Position numbers and translations under genes: made by a program
DNA from: Octopus bimaculoides
Lineage: Eukaryota
Length of the DNA: 32,193 bases
Reading direction: 5' to 3'
Assembly (NCBI RefSeq): GCF_001194135.2
Contig: NC_068984.1
Coordinates: forward strand, 108,833,617 to 108,865,809
Notes under the pieces: model-generated
Database searches by the model: none
The model's input: only the letters and a program-made list of their open reading frames with translations
Told to the model about the DNA's origin: nothing
Part shown: in pieces, positions 21,526 through 31,355 of the stretch
Layout: every line of letters begins with the position of its first letter
How positions within the stretch are numbered: position 1 is the first letter of the stretch

Positions 21526-21934
21526 AAGCTGAAATATGGAGACATGAAAATATAATTTTGTTCACAAACAAATGCCCTGAGGTATCATAGAAATGATGAT
21601 GAATGAAAGGATGTATGAGTAAATAATACTTAAATTATTACTGGAGAAAACTGAATAAGTTGATTTCATTAATTACGGTCTTATGTGTGGATAGTTATTA
21701 AGAAAATAAATATGGAACCCACTTTATTGATGGGCGTCGTATACTAAAAAGGATTATATTTTTGAAGAGAACGGCATTAAATGAGTAAGCTGTTTTTCAT
21801 ATAATTATATTCAGTACCAAAACGTATGAAAATTCCACGGATTTCGCTAATATGGAATTAATTAATTTATAGACTCCATGGTGTGTTACATAATAAGTCC
21901 CCTATGTAGTAATGCAAAGCTATTACTATTGTGG

Positions 21935-22075
21935 CGGTAAGAGCGGGTTGGCAGAAATTGTAGAACACTGATGTAAATATGTCTTGCCGTATTATGAATC
22001 ATAATTCTTACATATTAAGTTTAAATCCCGTTCAGCTCACATCTACATTTCAATCTGAGTGAAATAAATTGTAGC
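21935..22075 (+). mobile_element. Very degenerate SINE family B head
   Basis: GAGCGGGTTGGCAGAAATTGTAGAAC...AAGTTTAAATCCCG. Confidence 0.4.
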
Positions 22076-22507
22076 CACAATACTCTTTACCTTATAAAAA
22101 TTGACAATGAACTTAGTAATTAAATATATAACTTGTGTAAGACGTATGCTTCTGGCGAGTAGTGTTTCAATCCTCAATGTCTTGGCTGAAGCGATTCTGC
22201 TGCATAAATCCTCCGTGACTTCGGTAAGTCTTCGGTGTGTAAGATGATCCCATTTCTATTTAAGTTTAATTATCATAGAGCAAGAAGTACATAAGATATT
22301 TAACTATCAGTTCATTGCTGCTGGGTTCTTTTATACTAGTAGCGCACTAATATGTTTATCAGGTATTTTGAGAATTCGATGAAGAAAAGTTATCTTTTAA
22401 ATTCCTTATGACGCATGAGCGACTTTCTAAATGCAGTCTTTAAGAAGAAAATGAAGCAGTACTTGCGTTTAGGCAAAAATAAATATTTATTTAGAAACGA
22501 ATATGTA

Positions 22508-22634
22508 CAGGGTGTCTACAAGGTCTGGGTACATGAAGTAGATAAAATCATAACATAAACAAATAAATATAAGAAATAATAATTTCTTAAAGTATCTGTT
22601 AATCCCCATGTACCCAGACTTTGTGGACACCCTG
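22508..22634. mobile_element. 127-bp Tc1/mariner MITE
   Basis: TIRs CAGGGTGTCTACAAGGTCTGGGTACATG and CATGTACCCAGACTTTGTGGACACCCTG (2 mismatches in 28). TA TSD at 22506-22507 and 22635-22636. Confidence 0.9.
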
Positions 22635-22697
22635 TATATCTGCGCACAAAGATATCTTTGAAAACTTATTTAAAAAAAAACAGTGGTTAAAAATGGG

Positions 22698-23252
22698 GGA
22701 TCTATTTTAAAACGGGGGCGCCAGTTTTCATTTATGTTTTATGTAGTGTTTTTGGTACGGAAAGACTTTCAAACTTCGTATACTTATCTATTTTGTGTTA
22801 TAGAACAGAAAAATATTTTTGTATTCGAATTTATTTCATGTAAAAACATTGTCTTNNNNNNNNNNNNNNNNNNNNNNNNNNNNNNNNNNNNNNNNNNNNN
22901 NNNNNNNNNNNNNNNNNNNNNNNNNNNNNNNNNNNNNNNNNNTACGCACAGCGTAATTTATTATATAAACAATATATGCGTATAAATTACGATTAAACCG
23001 GATGAAATATGTCACAGGGAATAACATTTTTATGACCGCCCAGCAGTAAACTCTATTCAGCTGAATAGACGTCAGTGATTGGTTGAAATTACAGAAATAC
23101 GACAACTTTTACATGGAATAACTTGCGAATTCCTTTTTTTTGTTAAGAAGACTAAGAGTAAAAGATGTTTTATATGACACATTCTACCAGTGTCCCAAGT
23201 TTCAAAATGTTTCGTTAAGAAAATACTGGCGCCCCCGTTTTAAAATAGATCC
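22698..23252. mobile_element. MITE with perfect 28-bp TIRs and 8-bp TSD (Merlin-like)
   Basis: TIR GGATCTATTTTAAAACGGGGGCGCCAGT (22698-22725) with its exact reverse complement at 23225-23252. TSD AAAATGGG at 22690-22697 and 23253-23260. Contains an internal N gap. Confidence 0.88.
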
Positions 23253-24382
23253 AAAATGGGTTTTCATGAGTATAAGATGGTAAAATCAGTACAAGATGGT
23301 AGTATTTCTTCGCTGGTTCAGGTTCTCTGTGATTTCAAGATGGAGGCCGCGAGTTATGCAACTGCTTCAACAAATAATTAGTGAATTGAGTAGGTAATTA
23401 TGAGGTTAGTGTCATATCTGCCTCTACTTTATTGTACCATTAAAGCAGTAATGAATTCAGAAAGTAATGAAAAATTAGTCTGTCTGCAGTCAGGAATTGA
23501 ACCACAAACATTCGGGACTTCGAAGTTGTTGAAAGCAAGTATCAAATTCGGTTGTTTTTGTACCTGTGCCAACTCGAACGCTCTGTCATTAATTAGTCGT
23601 GACTAAATCCTTCAGTCTACACAGGGTTTCATTTTCAGATATGCTTCAGTCCTCGCATGCTTTCGCTTCTGCAGTGTTTGATATCAATTCCATTTTCAAC
23701 CCATCTGGAATATTTCATTATTTGTTTATTAAAAAGAAGCAAACAAAAGGAATAATACAAAAGGAAAAGAAGAAAAACAAAGAGCGACGAAATTTAAGAT
23801 TTTTCTTGTCTTTTATTTTCATCTCATTCCAGTGTATAGTAACTTTATATATTTTTTTTTTTNNNNNNNNNNNNNNNNNNNNNNNNNNNNNNNNNNNNNN
23901 NNNNNNNNNNNNNNNNNNNNNNNNNNNNNNNNNNNNNNNNNNNNNNNNNNNNNNNNNNNNNNNNNNNNNNNNNNNNNNNNNNNNNNNNNNNNNNNNNNNN
24001 NNNNNNNNNNNNNNNNNNNNNNNNNNNNNNNNNNNNNNNNNNNNNNNNNNNNNNNNNNNNNNNNNNNNNNNNNNNNNNNNNNNNNNNNNNNNNNNNNNNN
24101 NNNNNNNNNCCTCGCATGCTTTCGCTTCTGCAGTGTTTGATATCAATTCCATTTTCAACCCATCTGGAATATTTCATTATTTGTTTATTAAAAAGAAGCA
24201 AACAAAAGGAATAATACAAAAGGAAAAGAAAAGAAGGAAGGGAAACGAATAGGAAAATGGACGAAAAATGTAGGAATTTTGATGTTTTTGGTAATTTGTT
24301 CATTGTGTGTACCTTGATGCTTCCTGAATTTTAAAATAATAGTGAGCTTAAACAATGTTGTGTTAAATATTTATTGCACCCG

Positions 24383-24545
24383 ACGGCTTGAGGATAGCAG
24401 AATCGGTAGGAAGACCAGAAAATATGCTATGCAGTAGTATGTAGTCACGTACCTCCATGTTCTGAGTTCAAATCCCACGTAGAGTGATTTCGACTTCTAT
24501 CCTTCCGGGGTTGGTAAAACAAGGATCAAATTAGAACTGACGATG
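24383..24545 (+). mobile_element. Degenerate SINE family B
   Basis: GGCTTGAGGATAGCAGAATCGGTAG...GTTCTGAGTTCAAATCCC...CTATCCTTCCGGGGTTGGTAAAACAAG. Confidence 0.65.
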
Positions 24546-24659
24546 GTTATTTCAATAAACAATGACTTCTATCAAAATTTGCCTACATGTACCAATGTTC
24601 GACATGAAATATTTATAACTTAAATGAGAACAACTACTCTTCTGTTGCTTTTATGATTG

Positions 24660-24790
24660 TGAAGCCTTCAGTTTGACCTTGGTGTATGAGACGTATGATT
24701 AAAGGCATTCCAACTGTGACCACTCCGTTTTATTCTCGGTATGCTGAGTTCAACTTCCTTCAAAATTGATTTTACTCCAGGAAATAAATA
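24660..24790 (-). mobile_element. Family F repeat fragment
   Basis: The reverse complement contains GGTCACAGTTGGAATGCCTTTAATCATAC. Confidence 0.45.
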
Positions 24791-24895
24791 TCACGTGTGT
24801 ATGGGATTAGTTCAATCACTTGACGTTTCCTCTTAAAATATGGCGGACGCTGCTATTGTCGTTTAACTACGGTAGTAGTTGAATTATATACTTAA

Positions 24896-25420
24896 GGTCA
24901 CCATTTACTCACACGCAGCATCTTCCTGAGCGTGTCACTAATTCAGTTCTTAACCAAATTGAAAACTGTTAACATTTTTGAAGAGGGCTGGCCCCTAGCT
25001 ATATGTTGGCATAAAAAATTGAGATTTGATCCCGTAGAAAAAAGTTTATAACAAATTTTGTAGCAACGTCATAGGAGAGTATGTAACACCACCAATCAAG
25101 TTTAGATCTAAATAACTTGTTTATTTTAAAAGCGAAATATATTTATCTTAGCTTCAATGATAGAAGAAAGCATGAAAAATTTTATAGTTTTGATCCCATG
25201 CAACAAAACTTTGTAGCAAAACAGTTGTGACCTAAAATATGAAAAATATAGGTTAAAAAATTGGGTTTAATTATAATTAACTTTTTTTATTAAAAAAAAA
25301 ACAACTATATTTTAATTAAGCTTAAATGATAGAGCTCAATTCAAGGAATTTCATGGTATCAATCTCATGCAATGAAGTTTTAAAAGAAATAAAGTTGAGT
25401 GCTTGTTTCTCAAATTTGAG
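24896..25420. mobile_element. Possible truncated AT-rich non-autonomous DNA transposon (TTAA|GG start, Kolobok-like)
   Basis: TTAA at 24892-24895 followed by GGTCACC. Internal imperfect direct repeat TTGATCCC...TTTGTAGCAA at about 25027 and 25190. No convincing matching end. Confidence 0.25.
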
Positions 25421-25612
25421 GGGGATAATATAGTTCTATACCTTTTTATGAATATAGTTCTATAAAGGGACTTTTATATATACCACTGGCGTCATTGAGG
25501 TAAGGAAAAAAATTATCAACGACACCGATAATTGACACATTTGACACATTATTAATTAACATAATAGCATAGCCTGGAAAAAACATAGATTACATGGAAA
25601 AAATGCAAGCAA

Positions 25613-26438
25613 AAGAAAAAATAATTTCAACATTATAAACCTGGAAAATTACAGAACAAGTTATTACACTTGGAAAAGTTCAGGACAACTTATTACATCT
25701 GGTAAAGTACAGAACAAGAAAATTTTTACTTAAAATATTGCAGCTGAGAATAAAATTTGAGTATTAGAAATTATTTGATTTTGATTTACAAAGTAGCATT
25801 ATAATTAAAAAAGGTTCCATCATTTTGTTAAAATATTGACACTAGAATACTTTTAAAAAATGAAAGCCAGAAGTACCACTGTTGCTAAAGTTTTATGCAA
25901 AGTAGAATAGTATGTATGGTAGGCAAATTCATTATGTAAAAAATAGGCATGGTTCAAGACTAAAAATGTGAAGAATTGGCAATAACTAAAGCAAATTTTA
26001 CTGCGAATTTGTTGTTATAGATAGATTTTACTGTAATGTATAACTAATTTTTGTATTATTCTATTTATTGTACCAACTAATTAGGGACTACTATTATTTT
26101 CTATAACCTATCTTCAAATTCCTGATTATTAATTAATAATTAAGAAAATGAATTTTGCTGAAGTGCAAAACATATTTTGAGTTATTTTTTATTTTAAATA
26201 GAAGTAACAAGTAATAACAAATAGAACTAATAACTTATAATAAAATTTTTAGTTTTAAGAAAGGCTAATATTTTCTAAATCTAAATATTTTATTTGAAAT
26301 GTTATCGTTAGCTGCAATACTTTAAGTAAAAATTTTCTTGTGTACTTTACCAGATGTAATAAGTTGTCCTGAACTTTTCCAAGAGTAATAACTTGTCCTG
26401 TAATTTTCCAGGTTTATAATCTTAATATTATTTTTCTT
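25613..26438. mobile_element. Foldback-like element: about 130-bp modular inverted arms around an AT-rich spacer
   Basis: 25613-25746 matches the reverse complement of 26310-26438 at roughly 90%. Each arm has three copies of a 27-29-bp subunit (CTGGAAAA(T/G)T(A/T)CAG(A/G)ACAA(G/C)TTATTAC). Confidence 0.75.
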
Positions 26439-26496
26439 GTAGTAACAAAAGATCATCGTCGTCATCATCATTTCATCATCCTCATCAGTATAATAA

Positions 26497-26645
26497 AGGC
26501 GGAGAGCTGGTAGAATCGTAGCGCGTCTCACAAAATTCTCAGCGGCTCTTCACGCTATGAGTTCAAAACATGCCGAGATTAACTTTGACTATCCTCTTTT
26601 CGGGATCGATAAAATATAGTACCATCGAATACTGGGATTGATATA
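26497..26645 (+). mobile_element. Degenerate SINE family B (head and core)
   Basis: AGGCGGAGAGCTGGTAGAATCG...GAGTTCAAAAC...TTTTCGGGATCGATAAAATATAGTACC. Confidence 0.75.
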
Positions 26646-27283
26646 TGTAGGGACATATTTCTTGTTTTTACTTTGTTTGGGGTACTTTAATTTCCCAAAC
26701 AAACATTTGAATATGGCGATCAGTGCAGAATTCACTCATGATAAGCAAATGCAGATCGCTGTGTTAATCAGAATTTTAACAGAGAAAACGACAATCCTTA
26801 CGCTAATTTGCTAACAATGAGCAAATATTTAGCACGAATCAACTAACAGAGAAGAGGACGACGAGACAAATACGTGACCAAGACAAATGCTTCTCTACCC
26901 GACACTTTTACCAAATATCGAGAGAGTAGGAAAGTAACTTATTACTGCTTTTCAAACGAAAGAGAAAATTTTGAAATGCCACCAAGGGAGTATTTGAAGA
27001 AACTTTGGTGCAATTTTTAGTTATGTCCTTTCATATTCTGATTTCAAAGCCCACTGAAACCGAGACTTTGATTTTCATTGTTCCGGTTTGATCAAATAAA
27101 ACATTAATCTTGAACTTTATCAATATAATGTGGTATATCTGTTTCTAAAAATGTAGCCTGATGACACTCGTAGACTGGAGCGTTAGTGTATCGATCTAAA
27201 TGTCTTTTCTATTTAAATATTGTTCCAGGTAACGAACCGTTTTATTTGAAAAAGCACCTGAGGAAAATATGCATTACAATGGA

Positions 27284-27465
27284 TATTGGTTTCAAATTTG
27301 GCACAAGGCCAGCAAGTTCCTGAGACGGGGTAAGTCGATTATCCACCCCAAGAAGGATGAAAAGCAAAGTCGACTTCGATGGAATTTGAACTCAGAACGG
27401 ACAGACGGGCGAAATGCCGCTAAACAATTCGCTCGGCATGCTAACGATTCTACTAGCTCGCTGCG
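27284..27465 (-). mobile_element. SINE family B with internal core deletion
   Basis: Tail TTTCAAATTTGGCACAAGGCCAGC and head GAAATGCCGCTAAAC...AGCTCGCTGC. Lacks the AACTGGTACTTATT block. Confidence 0.8.
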
Positions 27466-27529
27466 CTCTCTCATTAGAATGGATATTAACAATTATTGAA
27501 ACTTTTTCAGTAATAGGTACCGACTCCGT

Positions 27530-27740
27530 CACTTCCTGCGCCTCCTCCTCCTGCGCCTCCTCCTCCTCCTGCGCCTCCTCCTCCTCCTGCGCCNNNNNNN
27601 NNNNNNNNNNNNNNNNNNNNNNNNNNNNNNNNNNNNNNNNTTTTTCAGTAATAGGTACCGACTCCGTCACTTCCTGCGCCTCCTCCTCCTGCGCCTCCTC
27701 CTCCTCCTGCGCCTCCTCCTGCGCCTCCTCCTCCTCGCCT
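27530..27740. repeat. GC-rich VNTR [(CCT)3-5 GCG]n, duplicated across a gap
   Basis: Directly visible. The block starting TTTTTCAGTAATAGGTACCGACTCC appears on both sides of the gap at 27594-27640. Confidence 0.9.
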
Positions 27741-28044
27741 TCTTTCTATTTCTCATACTCCTTTGTTTATGATTCTTTCTCTCTATGTCGTGTGTCTTGG
27801 TCGTTTCTTTACTCATTGCCTACCACGAAGCCTAGTATGTGTACCCATCCTGCACCTATTATGTTAACTTTCTTGGTAGCTTTCTTTTAGTCTCTTTCTC
27901 TCTCTCTCTGTATATGATGTATAAAGCGCGACTGGAGAAATCAGCCAACCAACCAACCAACCAACCAACCAACCTGCATACATACAGGCTATTATTAAAT
28001 GGAGATTTATCTGCCTTGACTTTCCAATAACAAATAATATGACT

Positions 28045-28193
28045 TTAAAATACACATTCTGACATAGAATATTTTGACTCATTCTCATCTTCCAGCATCT
28101 TGTTGATTAATGCAGCAAAAACAGCGGGAGCAGCCATTTTGAAATACGGATTATGAAAGATTGGAAGTGACAATTTCAATAAACTGCTGTCTA
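28045..28193 (-). CDS. Candidate coding exon of an unidentified gene (weak)
   Basis: Strong acceptor TATTTTTGCTTTGTCTTCCAG, then an open frame (x)DSSLLKLSLPIFHNPYFKMAAPAVFAALINKMLEDENESKYSMSECVF*. No homology recognised. Confidence 0.2.
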
Positions 28194-28649
28194 CTGGAAG
28201 ACAAAGCAAAAATACATAAGAGACAGACAGTCTCTTCAAATATGAATAAAAATGTGCTAAATAGAAATAAAATTCGTTTATTGACTCTTATTTCTACAAG
28301 GAGATTCGTCTTTGTCCATCGTAGTGTAGGGAAAATTGATACGAGATGGAAGAAAGTCTCAAACACACTTACATGCGCACGGATTCACACACAGACGCAC
28401 TAATTTATGCATAAAGCAAATCAGAGATAATGAAATCTATCTATCTATCTATCTATCTATCTGTCTATAGACAGAAAAGGCTGGAGGAGAAGGAAGAGAA
28501 GGAAGAAAGAAGAATGGAAGAGAGAAGCAAAAGGAAGAAACCACATGCATTGTGGTACACAGCAGATATAGTTTGGATGTTATGCCCGAGAAATAGAGAA
28601 AATAGAGGAAGGTGGTGTATATGAATGTATGTATGTGCGTATACATACA

Positions 28650-28681
<32 letters not shown>

Positions 28682-28769
28682 CATGCATGCACACACACAT
28701 GCATATATGTACCAATCCATCCATTTATCCATACCTAAATGCACACATATATTCATATATTCTTTACTA

Positions 28770-28985
28770 CTCTAGGCAGAAAGCCCGAAATTTTTGGGGA
28801 GTGGGCCAGTCGATTAGATTGACCCTAGTACGCAACTGGTACTTTAATTTATCGACCCCGAAAGGATGAAAGACAAAGTCGACCTTGGCGGAATTTGAAC
28901 TCAGAACGTAAACGTAAACTCATACAGATGAAATACTGCTAAGCATTTCGTCCGGTCTGCTAACGTTTCAGCCTGCTTGCGGCCT
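28770..28985 (-). mobile_element. SINE family B, near full length
   Basis: TTCTTTACTACTCTAGGCAGAAAGCCCGAAATTTTTGGG...CAACTGGTACTTTAATTTATCGACCCCGAAAGGATGAAAGACAAAGTCGACC...CTTGCGGCC. Confidence 0.88.
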
Positions 28986-29027
28986 TATATATTCATATAT
29001 ACTAATATATATATATATATATAAATG

Positions 29028-29069
<42 letters not shown>

Positions 29070-29384
29070 TCCGGGAAACTTGGAGTTGCGATGGCGTGAA
29101 ACCTCATCTAATAAATGAATATACTTTACTTCGTGTATTGGGTCTATCCTTGTGTGATTTCTAAATCAACACGCATATATACATACCTACATAATACTTA
29201 CATCCATACATATGTACAAACACGCATACATACAAACACATACACATATATGACAAAAAAAAAAGAGAATGGAAAGCAGGAAAAGAATATAAGGTACCTA
29301 CAATATGAAACTGAGACAAACTGATAGTGTAAGAGAGAAAAATGAAACAGGGGAATATATATATATATATGTAGTTTTGTGTTA

Positions 29385-29765
29385 TTGTTCACTGGAACCT
29401 CGGCTCAACTTTCGAGACCTCTATTTCAACCGTCAGAGGCTTCGCTCGATTCAACCTGCTCGAGCCTCGGTTTAGCCCAGACACTATTCTCAGCAACCTC
29501 GGTTCAACTTGAAGATCTTCGGTTCAACCTGTAAGAGTTTCAGTTCACCCTGTAAAAGTCTTTGTTCCACTTGCAAAACTCTCGGTTCAACCTGCAGAAG
29601 GCTCGGTTTAATTTGCAAGAGCCTCGTTCCAGCCTGTAAGAGTCTTGGTTCAACCTGCGGAAGCCTCGGTTTAATCTGTAAAGGCGTTATTTCAACAACT
29701 TGCTGGAAGTTATGATACAATGTATATGTATCTCGTTCAGTTGAACCTGCAAAAGTCTTGATTAA
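29385..29765. repeat. Degenerate 21-bp minisatellite (consensus CCTCGGTTCAACCTGCAAGAG); minus strand encodes the heptad LLQVEPR
   Basis: About eight clean units at 29518-29690 plus degenerate flanking units. ORF 29490-29825 (-) and ORF 29509-29715 (+) are both open across the core. Confidence 0.9.
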
Positions 29766-29849
29766 GTATTTGTCAGAACGAGATGTCTCAGCATGTTCAC
29801 AAAGCTGTATAAAATGGATCTTCATCGATTTGAACGATCTAACATAACT

Positions 29850-29850
29850 A

Positions 29851-29927
<77 letters not shown>

Positions 29928-29990
29928 GTGCATGTGTGTATGTGCATGTGTGTGTATGTGTGTGTGTGTGTTTGTGTCTGTGTGTACGCA
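29850..29990. repeat. (TATC)n plus (TG)n microsatellites
   Basis: Directly visible. Confidence 0.95.
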
Positions 29991-30317
29991 TAATTTCTTC
30001 CGTGCTAAAATTAACACTACCCGCAGAAGTTTGCGAAACGGGCGTAATCCTATGGAAATCACATGTTTGAATAAATATAAATTCACCTCTCACACCTCCT
30101 GACTGTATGGTTTTATATATATGATATAGTTTTTTTTTTATATAATAATTTTAAAAATATTTTTGTAAATACAAAATTAACCAGTGTGGTTGGATTAAGT
30201 GTTACTGAGAGGGCCATATGTTTGATAACCCTGTTACAGATAAAAAGCAACCTCCGAACTTAGAAGCAGTGGAAATTAACTTAATGCACATGACTTAGAA
30301 AAATAAAAATAAAAAGT

Positions 30318-30321
<4 letters not shown>

Positions 30322-30354
<33 letters not shown>

Positions 30355-30445
30355 GAAAGAGAGAGAGAGAGAGGAAGAAAGAGAGAGAGAGAGAGGAAGA
30401 AAGAGAGAGAGAGAGGAAGAAAGAGAGAGAGAGAGAGAGAGAGAG
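30322..30445. repeat. (GA)n with a GAGGAAGAAA higher-order unit
   Basis: Directly visible. Confidence 0.9.
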
Positions 30446-30619
30446 GAACTGCATCCCAAACTTTGTTTAAGTGCGAACTCACAAGTCAGATACTGCGAAG
30501 TGAAAGCCGAAAAGAAGACAAAACGACATTTTATCTATTTGGACAATCGAATTCCTGCCTCTGTTCCATCTAATAATTCTTAGATACTACAGCGTCTTAA
30601 AATTGTATAAGATACAGAG

Positions 30620-30830
30620 ACTCCAGAGTGTTTGTAAAACGTTAGAGAGCGCTGGGAATGTCTAAATTATGACCATTCAATAAATTGTTGCTTGTCGGAC
30701 GCTATTTACTCATATTTAACCAATAGCTACACATGAAGATGGGTCACACGAGAGCCACAAATCATTCCCTTTTAGCCGAGGAACCCCCTAGCATCGACTG
30801 TACTTTAAGAGGCGGCAACACATATGAATC
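30620..30830 (+). mobile_element. Possible degenerate RNase H-bearing LINE (I/Nimb/Ingi-group) ORF2 C-terminal remnant
   Basis: Fragments ERWE, FNKL and IFNQ*LHMKMGHTRATNHSLLAEEPPSIDC resemble the W..W...NKL...RLRIGHT.LTHSYLL..E.PP.C motif downstream of RNase H. Confidence 0.4.
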
Positions 30831-31307
30831 AATGCAAAAGACTGCAGAAGAATTTTCTCCAAATTCAGTTGTGATTCCTTTGCCTCCAAATCGCTATTAC
30901 GTTTAATGAGCTGTAAAGTGGCAAGGATCTAAATTTACTGTTATCCAAGGAATAACATGTGTAGTGGTGGACTTTTGGCAAGAGAGAGTTCGTTCTTAAT
31001 TCACTCGTTGAAGCCGTAGCGGTTGTAGATCTTTTACCAACAACCCCGGAAACACAATAGGCTTCAGTAACAAACTACAGACATACACACGTACATATGC
31101 ACACACATATAGACACACACATACAAATGTGCAAATGCACACATACAAGCATATATCATTCGTATATACGCACATGCATGCATACATACTTACATTCACA
31201 AATGTGCACACGCGTACATAAATGCTTACATACATTATCTATATATTTAGCTCTCTCTCTTCAGACACACACACACACGTACACACACACACACATACAC
31301 ACACACA

Positions 31308-31355
<48 letters not shown>

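Noticed and set aside
23545-23710. Minus-strand AG...GT-bounded segment before the duplicated block
   Set aside because: There are stops in all three frames.
27155-27200. CTGATGA followed by a CACT...AGTG stem (Penelope-type hammerhead?)
   Set aside because: There is no GAAA after the stem and no stem I/III pairing.
29385-29765. 21-bp repeats as a possible CRISPR
   Set aside because: The units are contiguous tandem repeats with no spacers.
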